Part shown: piece after piece, positions 25,719-38,375 of the stretch
Layout of the letters: each line of letters starts with the position of its first letter
Numbering within the stretch: position 1 is the stretch's first letter
Assembly: GCA_964016885.1 (NCBI GenBank)
Contig: OZ024741.1
Coordinates: 208,258,001 to 208,322,000, forward strand
Source of the DNA: Eledone cirrhosa
Taxonomy: Eukaryota
Direction: 5' to 3'
Length of the DNA stretch: 64,000 nucleotides
Position numbers and translations under genes: made by a program
Notes under the pieces: generated by a model
Seen by the model: only the letters and a program-made list of their open reading frames with translations
The model's database searches: none
What the model was told of the DNA's origin: nothing

Positions 25719-27780
25719 ACTGAGATACGGGACGCTCTGGGCCGCTGCGGGAAACGCAAATCACCCGGTCTAGATGGCCTACCCTATGAGTTTTACATAG
25801 GCATGCCGGACTTGTTCTCTGGCGTCCTCGAAGCCGTCTACTGCAATTGGCAGCAGAACGGGACAATTCCTAGTTCTGAAAGCAAGGGCATAGTAACGCT
25901 GATCAGGGAAGACGAGAACAAGGGGGACGAAATAAACAATTTCAGGCCCATAACTCTGCTCAACACAGAGTTAAAGATTTTGGCAAAGGTACTAGAAACG
26001 AGGCTGGCGCTTGTCGTGGAAAATCTGGTAGGGAAAGCACAAACGTGTGCAATCCCGACCAGGTCCATACACGACAACCTCCACCTCGGGCGATACATCA
26101 TAGAGAGGGTGGGTTGTAAACCCGGCTTCGGTGGGGTTCTGATCAATTTAGATCAGTCTAAGGCATTCGATAGAGTCGACCATCGATATTTTGAAGCGGT
26201 TCTCAAGGCGGCAGGTTTCGGTCCCATTTCAGAAGCTGGATCAAGGCGATGCACACCAGCATCTGCTCGAAGGTCAAGGTGAACGCCTACCTATCGGAGC
26301 CGTTCGCAATCACGCGTTCCACTCGACAGGGATGCCCTCTCTCCTCCATTTTGTATGTATTGACTCTAGAGCCACTACTGCGGTTGGAGCTTTTGCAGAG
26401 CTTTAGAACCGGGAATGCGAAAAGCGGCGTCGGCTTATGCCGACGACGTAACGGTAATGGTATCGAAAACCTCGGAGATCGAGGTAATCGGCAACCTACT
26501 ACAGGAATACGAAAGGTTCACAGGAGCAAAAATGAACCCGGACAAGTCTGTCGGGTTGCAACTCGGAACGTGGAGAGGCAAACCGATTCCCTCCGACAGC
26601 GTCGTCGGACGCTGGACGGAAGGACCGGTGAAATTGCTCGGAGTCTGGTTCGGTCCAGACCGCCAGGTGGAGAAAAACGAGAACGAGGTCAAGGCCAAGG
26701 TGTTTGCGCTCACCCAGTAGTGGGCAGAGTGCAAACTGTCTTTGAAAAGTCGAGCAGAGGTGGCGAACACTTTTATAGCGTCCGTCATCTACTACCTTGA
26801 CTGTCGTGCCTTGTCCCCGTGAACACCTCGCCAAGCTTGTGAGACAGGCTTTCCCACAGCTCGTCTCGCTGACGGAGCTGCAGTCCTGGGTCAAGAAAAG
26901 ACCGAAAACGCTGGGCGCCTGGCACATTGAATGCGTTCATGCGCTCTCAGTCCTCTTGCAAGCGGGCACAGCAATCAGTGGAGGTTGCACTTCGACATTC
27001 TATAGAGGGATTGTACGCTACAAGGGCGACGACGTGCTAGGAGAGACTCTGGGCGTCGAAGACGATGAGCTCTACCAGTTCGTGACAAGATCTACAGGCA
27101 CGGCGGGGATCCTTCCAAGAGGACGTGTCCAAGATGCGTGTAGGACATTAAAACCGTCCTGCACGCAATTGTACACTGCCCGAGCGTAACTGACCTGTGG
27201 AACTACGCAGAACAACTGCTGTTTCCGTATGGGAGAAATCCAGTTGAATGCCGAGTCCATAGTAAGGATCAAACTGCCAGCCTCCTTCAAAAATGAAAGA
27301 GAGGTGGTTTTCCTCTGTATAGTGGCTATGGTGAAATAGGTTACATGGTGGACAAGATTGAGAGGACTGAGGACAGATGCCTTTCTCTCCGGACAACAAC
27401 TCATTGCCTTCTTTAAGTATCACTTTAGAAGGAGAATCAGAATGGAGAGAGAGCCACTGCACCCCAGTAAATTTATTGAAAGGTGGGTGAATGAAGCCAA
27501 AATGACCCGAGTGATTGGGCCTTCTTTGTTTATAAGCCTGTAGGTTAAAGAAGAGAGCAAAAGGGAGAAAGGGGCACTTGCACAACACGCTCCTGAAGTT
27601 GAGGGTTGTTCTATCGACGGGGTATTAAACAACCCATTTGTGGCGCCTCCCCCCTATTGGGGATTTCGATTGTTATATTTGTTTGTTTCAATATTTTTTT
27701 ACACGACTGTACGTAAAATATCCGGCATGTCTTTGTATTGTCCCCTTTTCTTGTGCGCCCTTGTGGCAAATAAAGAAATC
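25719..27780 (+). mobile_element. 5'-truncated Tx1 family-B copy (RT to 3' end, two internal deletions), (CTAT)n tail
   Basis: Highly similar to 22997-25335; RQGCPLS and YADDV motifs. Confidence 0.92.
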
Positions 27781-28161
27781 TATCTATCTATCTATCTATT
27801 TATTTATCTATCTCTTAACCAAAAGCAGATCAGAAAATAAAATATATATACATCCGTATTATTATATTCTACAGGATACATTTTCTTCTCCATTGTTACG
27901 TCAACATACACAACCCATCAGTGATTTAATATCGTGTCTTAATGAACTGACAAGCGATGAATCTAAAAGATGTAATATAATCATCAATTAATCTAGCGTC
28001 TGTTCGTTTCTTCCTCTCTGTCTTTCTATTTCTTCATTACATTGTGTTTGCATTGTTTTTTCCGTTTACATTTTGCTCACACACACACACATATATATTC
28101 GTGTATGTGAGTGGGTTGTTTGTCTGTATGTGTGTATGTGTGTATATATACGTTTGTGCGC

Positions 28162-28240
<79 letters not shown>

Positions 28241-28328
28241 GAGTATATGTTGGTTGTATACCCACACCTCAGAATGCAGTCTGTAGCACTCGACGAAGTG
28301 CGCAGGTTGGTTTGGTTATCCGGAGTAA

Positions 28329-29205
28329 TCTATATATATAAAACTGTGGTTGTCTGTCTGTCTATCGATTTTTGGCACACATCTCCTCTTAGAATCTCTC
28401 ACGGAATTGCACCGAAATTGCTATACTTGTACATTGAGCCCTAGCGAAGACAACGGAAAAAAAAAATTTCAAATTGACCCACCCTATGTGACGAAATCGA
28501 ATATGATGTATCGATTTTTGAGCGTAAGTTACCAGTTATTTCCCTTTGTTCTGTTTACATTGAGCGTCTTACGTAAAAAATTACGCTGGCTTTAACAGTT
28601 GTCGAGCCAGCAAAATATTGACCTGCAAAATTCATCAGTTCGAACACTAAGCTTCCGTTTTGCTTCATTTCCATTTAAAAGCATTTTAAAACAATATTTT
28701 TACTTGAAAACAAGTCTATTTAAAGACTACGTAAAACAAGCAAATATTTCGTCGTTAGGCGTGCAGACAGACAGTCGTGCAGACAGACAGTCGTGCAGAG
28801 AGGTGATATAGGCGTGCAGACAGACAGTCGTGCAGAGAGGTGATATAGGCGTGCAGACAGACAGTCGTGCAGAGAGGTGATATAGGCGTGCAGACAGACA
28901 TAACTGATAATTTGGTTACGCTAATGTTTTTCTCTGCGTTGCAGTGTTTACATTTTCGATCTTTGTTAATAAATAACCAGTGCAGTTTCTATCCCCAGCA
29001 TCCTCTTTTGTTATAACATTCGGGTTATCGTTATGTTTTCTTAACTTCATAAGGCATATTGTTGGTTGAGGGAATATTAATCAAAAACACCACATGCAAG
29101 TCTGCACAGTAGACACTACAGTTTTTAAGCCAAGAAAGAAACTTAACATTGTAACTTTAACACAGCTACTGAGCGACCCCGAGCAACGCCGGGCTTTACT
29201 GCTAG
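28329..29205 (+). mobile_element. Non-autonomous Helitron with an internal 37-bp tandem repeat (~28758-28880)
   Basis: A|TC 5' end, subterminal CCCG..CGGG hairpin, CTAG|T 3' end, no TSD. Confidence 0.85.
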
Positions 29206-29260
29206 TGTAAAATAAAGTAAAATAAATAAGTCAAATATTTAAAATTTAGCTTCGTTTATT

Positions 29261-29315
29261 ACTGCTATATATATTTCGGTGACAGGCATCTTTGGCTGTG
29301 ACCTCTTCAGGCATT
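29261..29315 (-). ncRNA. Type I hammerhead ribozyme
   Basis: UGC-CUGAAGA-stem II (GGUCACAG/CUGUCACC)-GAAA-UAUAUA-UA|GCA, then AAUAAA. Confidence 0.85.
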
Positions 29316-29570
29316 AGTGTGGTATAGACAAGTACATATGTTGTTGAAGTGTTGAAGTTGTCAATACTGTGATATGCCCTGTTCCTGGTTGGGTTGTTAT
29401 TTCACTGAGGAACTGGAATCATATGAATTCAAACAAACGAATTTCTGTGTCAAAGGGCCTCTTCTCCTCTCATTGGTCATTTGTTAGAACATTCCTCATT
29501 CAAAAGTCTATAGACTTTTGAATGAGGAATATTCTAACAACTGACCAATGAGAGGAGAAGAGGCCCTTAT

Positions 29571-29684
<114 letters not shown>

Positions 29685-29689
29685 CAACC

Positions 29690-29718
<29 letters not shown>

Positions 29719-29723
<5 letters not shown>

Positions 29724-29996
29724 ATCAAAAGATGGTTAAATGAGTTCCATGTATTTTATTATGCGCATTTCAAAAACAAATATCATCATGCAATAACATT
29801 TCTGTTTTCATCAGATAAAACACAAATGTTATTGCATGATGATATTTGTTTTTGAAATGCGCATAATAAAATACATGGAACTCATTTAACCCTCTTTTGA
29901 TCTTATATTTTATGTATACTCCAGTCCTACAAACTGTAGAGTGATTCTTATCCGATATCTGCATTGCTTTATTGTACTACAATAAAACTCACCTCC

Positions 29997-29999
<3 letters not shown>
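29719..29999 (+). mobile_element. Palindromic PLE pLTR remnant (IR 29719-29906) plus tail, within (TA)n
   Basis: ~90-bp arms; degenerate HHR (AUGAUGA...GAAAUGCGCAUA); tail hairpin 29918-29942. Confidence 0.75.
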
Positions 30000-30095
<96 letters not shown>

Positions 30096-30227
30096 TGATA
30101 CATCAATGACGAATTGAAACGTTGGCGCAATCGTTATTTAATATGTTAACTAAACACACGTATTAGCGTAGTCGTTGCACTAATCTAATTTAATTATATA
30201 TATTATAGTTTATTATATATATATAAT

Positions 30228-30335
30228 AATCCCGCCAAGGTTAACTTTGCCTTTCATCCTTACGGGGTCGATAAAATAAAGTACCAGTAATATACTGGTT
30301 AACTGCTGGCCTTGTGTCTAACGTAGAAACAATTA
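30228..30335 (+). mobile_element. SINE 3' portion (Nin/Deu-like family)
   Basis: GCCTTTCATCCTTACGGGGTCGATAAAATAAAGTACC core. Confidence 0.85.
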
Positions 30336-30376
30336 TATATATATATATAGTTTATATTATATAAATATATAGTTTA

Positions 30377-30701
30377 TTATAACAACTTGAAATTGATTAA
30401 CATATAAATAAACATATGAAGCAAACACAGGGGATAATTTTTACAAGTGTGTAAGCACACATAGCTAGGTAGGTAACTAAATAAAGTTAACTAGAACTTC
30501 AAAAATAGATACCTTATAATATGATTAATCTTCCCTGTATATATTCCATTAAAGAAATGTATTTCACCAATTAATGGAATGGTAAACCACGGTAATGCTA
30601 GTTACCTACCTAGCTATGTGTGCTTACACACTTGGAAAAATTATCCCCTGTGATTGTTTCATATGTTTATTTATATGTTAATCAATTTCTAGTTGTTATA
30701 A
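30377..30701. repeat. Inverted repeat, ~103-bp arms, ~120-bp spacer; probably a PLE-type remnant
   Basis: 30377-30479 is the reverse complement of 30599-30701; no HHR core recognised. Confidence 0.75.
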
Positions 30702-30824
30702 AATGGTCGGACCTATTCATTAGAATCTTGGAGCTTATTTTACGCGTGATATGGCGCGTGCCTTTCTGGCATGACACCCATAATTTTGATTTAGATTAAT
30801 TTTGGATATAGATATAGAGTTTAT

Positions 30825-30930
<106 letters not shown>

Positions 30931-31436
30931 CGTGTGTGTGTGTGTGTGAGCGGAAATACTTATTTATGCGTAGAAATACGCATACTGTGTCTGAGTGCCT
31001 GTTGTAAATACTTAAAGAAAGAAAAACGCGGAATGAAACCCTACTGGTTTGTAGTCATCTATTATTGGAAAAGTTAGGAGATTTCTTGTCGCTAGTTATT
31101 TAACTTTGAATACTTAGAGAACGGCATACATGTTGTATACGTCACTATGATTCAATCATGTACACATATTTCCTGACCTCAACTTGTACATTTTCTACCA
31201 TTCAATGGTCATGCGACGATGGAGAAGTCGTGACGTGTTCTAACGTAACAGGTTGAAGACATATAGTCACAAATTTGTACATAGACGACAAGTGTCTTAT
31301 GAACAATGACTATTGAGAAGTTTATCCTCTAACAAGAACAATCAATTGTGGTTATATGTGTAAATGTATATATATATATATATATATATATGCATACACA
31401 CACACACAAACATACACAAAACACACACACAAATAT

Positions 31437-31514
<78 letters not shown>

Positions 31515-32762
31515 TTATTAAAATAACAGATTAAAGTTTAAGCAAAGAATCGCTGCTTTCACACTTAACGCGATCTATATATATATAGTAATAATAATAA
31601 AATTGAAGACTAAAATCCAAAGAGGGCTCGATAAGGAAAATATATATTAAATATATATATATAGTAATAATAATAAATTTGAAGGCTAAAATCCAAAGAG
31701 GGCTCGATAAGGATAAATATATATCAAATATATAAGAACCGTAGAGCAAATATTTATTAAAATAACAGATTAAAGTTTAAGCAAAGAATCGCTGCTTTCA
31801 CACTTAACGGGATCTTCTGAAACTAACAAAGTCAATCTGTAAACGCAGAACTGGATATTTCAAAAAACGTTGCAACCGGAGGAAGCCAGGAAGACGATAC
31901 TTTGGTTCGTGGTAACGTTCGCTGGCAAAGAACGGGAAAAAACGAATAATACGTCATTAATAGGAGCGGAGAAAAACAATTACGTGCAAGGACAGAACCA
32001 CGTTTATGGTATAAAAGAGGTCGTAGACTAATGTTCTCTATGTGGTGCATAGAGACGTTCTCTGGCAATGAAGGAAAAAACGAAGATAATAAGTCATATG
32101 TGGAGAGTGGACAACAATAGCACGCAAAGACAAAACCACGTAAATGGTATAGCAGAAGTCGTAGACTAAAATTCTAACTAGGAGACCAAATGAATCTCCG
32201 CTACAGAGTTAAGAACAAAGTAAATAAATACAATACAGAAGTAATAGAAACAAATAAATACATACACGCAAACAGATACGTACATACACAAGCATACGCA
32301 AAACCTTACCATAGGTATACAAAACCACGCACATATAAATATGTGTGTATGTGTATGCTTGTGTACAAATAAATAAACAAATAAATAAATAATTACATAA
32401 ACGTATATAAGTAAATAAATACGTATATAACAAGCGCACACACATACCTACATATAAATACACGAATGTTCGGAGACGTAAGTCAACTAAAACAAGAAGT
32501 AGACATATACACACACCCACCATACGTACGAACCTGAATACTCACGCAGACGCAAAACTCCCGTATACACTTAGCCAAACCCTAAATACCAGAATATGTA
32601 AAAATTATACGCCAAACAGTCAAATATACGTACGAGAAGGTATACATACCTTCACAAAACATACGGGTAATATATACTTACCTATGCAAATAAGTAAAGG
32701 AATAAACAAAACATATACTTAGCTACCACATCAAGACGTAAAATATCCACGTATAGATCGTG

Positions 32763-34861
32763 CTATCCGTTAGGGTATAACGTGGGGCTGTAATACAGGA
32801 AAGTTTTGTGCAATTTATGTTTACAAACCGAAATTGCCTCAGATTTTTTGTTTAAGATGTGGTCTGTGGCGTGGAGTATTTCCAGGATTTCCTCATCGGC
32901 GCAGAGGTCACATGGTCTTTTATTTCCGTTATACGATCTAGCCCTAGCTAGGATCTCCCAGTGTAACTTATATTGAGTGTGGTTGTCTTTTAGACTCCAG
33001 ATATAAGCTGAAAGTGACGTCATATTCCTTCTTAGAGAGTAACGAAAAGAATGGGTATGCATGTAAAGACGCTGCTTGAAACTATTGGCGGTTAACCCTA
33101 TGTAGGCCCTACGGGACGTGGGTGTTACAACTTACGGATAGGGGGCAATCAGCCCGATTCCTACAATTACAGTTAGTACTAACTACAGGGTTGCACGTGT
33201 TCCTACGGCTAGGTAGTTTAGCTAAATTTGAAGCTGTGATGTTATGTGCAAGGTTAGGAGTCGTAGAGTAAGAAATTTTAATAGTATTTCTATTAAAAAT
33301 TTTACTATATTTATGTGTAGGGGGAAAATGCTTCGTAATAAGGGAAAGAAAGATCTTAGCTAATGGTGTGGCCACCTCCATATTATATGGTGGGTTAAAC
33401 CAACAAATGCGACGGGATCTATTTCTTCTAGGTCTATTTTCGTACTCTGTATATGCTACCTTATCGACAAATCCACTTCGAGCAAGAGCTTCATTGTAAT
33501 AAGTGGAATGGTCGTTGAAAATGCGCTCGTTGGTGGAAAGACGGGAAAGCCTCAACGAAACGTTTTTTACCAGGTTCTTGGTTATGCTGGCAGGATGGTT
33601 GGAATGCTTACTTATGTAATTAAGCGTATCATTCGGCTTTCTATACGGGTAATACAACCCATTCAATAAATTGAGGGTAACGTCGAGGTAATTAACGACC
33701 GAGAGATTGGCCTCAACCTGTATAGAGAGGTTGAAGCCTTTAAAGAAGGCTGTGAGTTCTTTTCTGAACTTGTCGCAAGCACGAGGTCCGCACTTAGTCA
33801 TGGTCAAAAGACCATCGTCACGGTACAAACCACCGCCCGCGTTGGGGAATTCGTCCTTGATAGAGAAAAGAAGGAAAAGGCCAATAAGATCAGTAACCTC
33901 CGCAGAGTCACTGGCGCCCATACTCACGCCGAATGGGGGTACTATTGGAATTTTTAATCCAAATAGAGTCGTCGAAATTAATCACCGACTTTCGGGCATT
34001 AAGGATGACATCAACTTCGAAATCCTTAACCACTGTGAGTGTTTTAGCGAAATTGATAGCTCTAAGGAGAAGTGGTAAAGTGATGGAAGAGTAGTAATTG
34101 TTGATGTCGAATTGGATAAAACGGCAATGTTCCTTGTTACATATGCCGTTGAACCAATCAATCACCGCGAAAGAATTGTTCCACAGTGCGAGAGGGGCCA
34201 AACTTCTAATTTCAGGTATAATTCTATCAAGAATCGTTTTACTAAGTCTACCTAAATCGGACTTCGTAGGGTTAATAAGCCGAATAGAGGGGTTGTTCGG
34301 AAAATTGGATTTGTGAACCTTCAGGGTAAAGTGGGGAGAGATAGGGTCCAGAGGTTCGGTCCGGTCCAGGATGTTGAGATCAGATGTGATTTTAAACCCA
34401 GCATCGTTGATTTCATTGATGACACACCTATTAGTTTTACGGTAATCCTTAGCTACAGCATTATGTAGTAGTTGATGGTAAGTACTGCGCTCCACTTGAT
34501 ATAGGTTGCCAGTTTTGTCGGAATGGACGTGCACGGCATTAGAATCCTTAATAGAACGAATTCTATTCTTCAGGTCTTGCTGGAAGGAATTGCTCCTATT
34601 CCGAAGTTTGATACTCCGAATGAGTTCCAAGACATCATTTTCGAAGGGTAGCAATGCTGGGTTCCATGGAGGGTTATTATAGGTTTTAAATCCAAATTTA
34701 TCCTGTTTGTTGTCTGCTTTTCGCGGATTATCGAAATAAAAGGCACGCCAACGCAACCTTTTAATGAACGCGTCTGTTTTCTGTATCAGGAGTTTTAGGT
34801 ATGTTTTCCTGCTTGGTACGGGTATGTTCTTTGTAGAAATATTCAGATGTTGTTTCTGCAT
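32763..34861 (-). pseudogene. PLE1 RT + C-terminal GIY-YIG endonuclease; two frameshifts (~33920, ~33110)
   Basis: KNIPVPS..FIKRLRWRAFYF..FGFKT, FIQFDINNYYSSI, MGASDSAEV, LYRDDGL, WFNPPY, CNCR..CPL..C, TSLSAYIWSLK, CDLC. Confidence 0.9.
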
Positions 34862-35014
34862 GATGAATATAAGTCAGTACAGTGCTCAACCGAAGGAGCC
34901 AAATAGTAATAATAATAAAATTGAAGACTAAAATCCAAAGAGGGCTCGATAAGGAAAATATATATCAAATATATAAGAACCGTAGAGCAAATATTTATTA
35001 AAATAACAGATTAA

Positions 35015-35065
35015 AGTTTAAGCAAAGAATCGCTGCTTTCACCCTTAACGGGATCTTCTGAAACT
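35015..35065 (-). ncRNA. Hammerhead ribozyme with variant core CAGAAGA (copies at 31774-31824 and 18855-18905)
   Basis: AGUUU-CAGAAGA-UCCCguuaaGGGU-GAAA-GCAG..UUGC-UU|AAACU. Confidence 0.75.
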
Positions 35066-35449
35066 AACAAAGTCAATCTGTAAACGCAGAACTGGATATT
35101 TCAAAAAACGTTGCAACCGGAGGAAGACAGGAAGACGATACTTTGGTTCATGGTGACGTTCGTTGGCAAAGAACGGGAAAAAACGAATAATACGTCATTA
35201 ATAGGAGTGGAGAAAAACAATTACGCGCAAAGACAGAACCACGTTTATGGTATAAAAGAGGTCGTAGACTAATGTTCTCTTAGGTGGTGCATAGAGACGT
35301 TCTCTGGCAATGAACGAAAAAACGAAGATAATAAGTCATATGTGGAGCGTGGACAACAATAGCACGCAAAGACAAAACCACGTAAGGGTGAAAGCAGCGA
35401 TTCTTTGCTTAAACTTTAATCTGTTATTTTAATAAATATATATATATAT

Positions 35450-37245
35450 ATATATATTATAAATTAACAGGAGGCTGGACTGGTGTAATTGCTTAAAAGG
35501 TTTATTATACTATGATCATTTCAATGACCGGATTCAGTATGAATCCGGTGACATCATCAGGTATTTTAAATATAACAAAGGACTATCATAGACAAAATTC
35601 ATGGGGCTGAAAATCAGAGACATGAGGGCGACCGAACATTTAGCAGCTTCTACCCCAGTCGGTTGCCCTCAAGTGGTGATTATTAAGCCTACTTATGTCC
35701 ATCTGATGAAGGGGCATAGTCTTATAATGTACTACTATCACCCCGTCAAAGACAGATGCCAGCGTTGAGATCAGGTTACAATCAAGCTGATCATGCGTGC
35801 TAGAAAGTGGTGCGAAAAATATTATTTCAAAGAACATATCTCTTCAACAAAGCTACATATAGTAATATATAGTGGGCGTCTGTATGGTATAATGTATGTT
35901 CAGAAATTACGATTAACAATTAGACACGTTGAATTTATGTTTAAGTTTAGAAGATGCCATTTAAGATGAAATTAGTAAAATAAGGTTTGTTTTAAAGTTA
36001 TGAGATTTAGTTAAAGGAATTTACAGAAGGAGGCTTTTATGAAAAAGTTTAAGTGTATTATAGATAGTCACGATAAAGTTTCAAGGTAGAATATAAAGTA
36101 AAGATTAAGCCCATGCTTAGCGGTCAATAACCAGCGACGTTGCGGACCACCGGTCAGCCCGGGGCCCAACGGCGTGTCAGCCGTTCCGAGTTTTATCGTC
36201 TAGCGAAAGAAATGGACATTTATTTTTCCGAGCACTCCAGGAATGTAACTGTCTTAAGGGTCGGGAAGTCCGCCACCGCCGGCTGGCCATCGTATATACC
36301 AAACGATTACTAGTTATTCACACTGGTGGGGGATTTAGTTAAGTGCTAGTAGAAGGAGGCATGATAAAGTTAAAAGTTATGATTAAGCACCCGGCCGATT
36401 AACCCACTCGATATGCTAAGATGTCTGTTGATGATTGTAGTTATTTTTCGGCATTTGACGATGTTAATTTTTGGTAAGTCTTGATGACTTTTGCTGCATG
36501 AAATGATACCATAGAGGCCTTGTAAAATCTTATTTTGCCACTACGTTTTTAAACCTAATTGAATTCTGCAAAATATTAGTTATGTAGTTTCTCATGATAC
36601 ACCGCAGTGCGCACAGCTTTGGGGTCTTGGGTTTTTAGCCCTAATTCTCTCATTGAGCTGTCGTAGAGCCACATTATCTTTATATATTATATCGATGTCT
36701 TTTGATATAAATGCTTCTAACACTGGTCGAGCAGTGTTTTGTGGGTTAGTGTGTAATATATTTCTAGCGTTACCACTCACCACTTTCATCCTATCAAACG
36801 TTATTAATTTAATTTTTATTCTATACATGGCTTGAACAATGGTTGGTCTCTCGTTCTGGAACTAATATGTTTCTAAAAATTCAAGATATCTACTGATGAT
36901 TACAGTTTTGGGATTCACCATTTGCCGATGTTAATCAACAGTAAATGGTGGTGATTTTTGCTACATGAAATGGTACCATATAGGCCTTGTAAAAACTTGG
37001 TGGCAGTGTAAATATAATGCTTATATTGCCTCTCCGTTTTTTAGTCTGGATTATTAGATATAATTCTCTGATAGATCTATCATAAGCCACATGTTCATTA
37101 TATACTATACTTCGATCTCTTTTGATATATATATAAAGTAAAGATTAAGCCCATGCTTAGCGGTCAATAACCAGCGACGTTGCGGACCACCGGTCAGCCC
37201 GGGGCCCAACGGCGTGTCAGCCGTTCCGAGTTTTATCGTCTAGCG
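35450..37245 (-). mobile_element. Degraded PLE of another family with partial direct repeat (36092-36205 = 37132-37245)
   Basis: Terminal HHR + AATAAA, (TA)n flanks; ORF 36592..36828 weakly resembles a GIY-YIG C-terminus. Confidence 0.6.
35507..35564 (-). ncRNA. Type I hammerhead ribozyme
   Basis: AUAC-CUGAUGA-stem II (ACCGGAUUCA/UGAAUCCGGU)-GAAA-UGAUCA-UA|GUAU. Confidence 0.88.
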
Positions 37246-37249
37246 TATA

Positions 37250-37343
<94 letters not shown>

Positions 37344-37513
37344 TCCATCAATGACGGTAAAGAATTAATTGTGTTGTGAAGGTTCTACAGATACAATACA
37401 CCAATATATTCAGTGGTCCACTGAAATTGACTCAGCCAGTATCATAGAAGACAACCATCAACATATCATCCCTGACATAACTGTCGGCTCACCTGACAAC
37501 ATAACGACAATTA

Positions 37514-37857
37514 TCTATATATATAAAACTGAGGATGTGTGTGTGTGGGGGGGGGGGGGTATGTGTGTGTGTGTGTGTTTGTGAGTTTGAATCCCTAAGT
37601 ACCCAACCTACTTTTTTCCAACTTTACATATGTATTACTTATGTTTCAGGGAGTGTTATGCACAGAAAATTCTACTTTTTGATCCCCTAGGGTCCACATT
37701 AGGTAAAAACCTGCATTTTTTCAGCTTTTTAGGGGTTTTTTGAGGCGTTACGGCAGACCGATTTCCTTGAAATTGTAACTATGTGTTAGTCAGCCTCTTC
37801 GTCATATCCTGAGCAAAGAAAATCCCGCACAATCATCTATATATATAAAACTGAGGA

Positions 37858-37941
<84 letters not shown>

Positions 37942-38375
37942 TGAGTTTGAATCCCTAAAACTCGAGAAGTACCCAACCGACTTTTTTCAACCTTTACATA
38001 TGTATTACTTATGTTTCAGAGAGTGTTATGCACATAACATTCTACTTTTTGATCCGCATTAGGTGAAAAACTCCATTTCTTCAGCTTTTTAGGGTTTATT
38101 TGAGGCGTTACGTCTAGCCGATTTTCCCAAAATTTCAAGGCATATTATGCACATTAAAAAAATTTATTTTCTTGATCCCCTAGTGCCCGCATTAGATGAA
38201 AACCTGCACTTTCCCTGCTTCATCGAGGAAAATCTTAAAAATTATCCAGCCATCAGAGTATTCGGTTTATCTTCTTTACGTATTGTCCAGGCATACAGTT
38301 TTTCCACGATTAGGTCTGTTGGCGGTCTGCGTTCCAAAATACTTTATCCCATGCAACGTCGGGCACCACTGCTAG
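37514..38375 (+). mobile_element. Non-autonomous Helitron with duplicated 5' end (second start at 37836)
   Basis: Two A|TCTATATATATAAAACTGAGGATG starts; 3' CCC..GCAACG..GGG hairpin and CTAG|T. Confidence 0.82.

Larger units (their letters stand above)
28260..29568 (-). mobile_element. PLE pLTR remnant (fold-back 29453-29568, HHR 29261-29315, tail hairpin 28288-28326) split by a Helitron
   Basis: HHR + AATAAA on one side of the Helitron, bulged hairpin on the other. Confidence 0.7.
31512..35438 (-). mobile_element. PLE1: Naiad-type Penelope-like element with direct pLTRs (~31662-32170 and 34904-35385), extra short pLTR pieces (31512-31650) and an inverted 5' piece (35383-35438)
   Basis: RT + GIY-YIG ORF, pLTR repeats with HHR, (TA)n flanks. 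Confidence 0.92.

Noticed and set aside
28758-28880. CRISPR-like 37-bp repeats
   Set aside because: Head-to-tail repeats without spacers inside a Helitron; eukaryotic context
32763-33200. Selenoprotein-type Naiad (in-frame UGA + SECIS)
   Set aside because: The conserved Cys positions I could read in PLE1 and PLE2 are not UGA; breaks are frameshifts or TAA; no SECIS recognised
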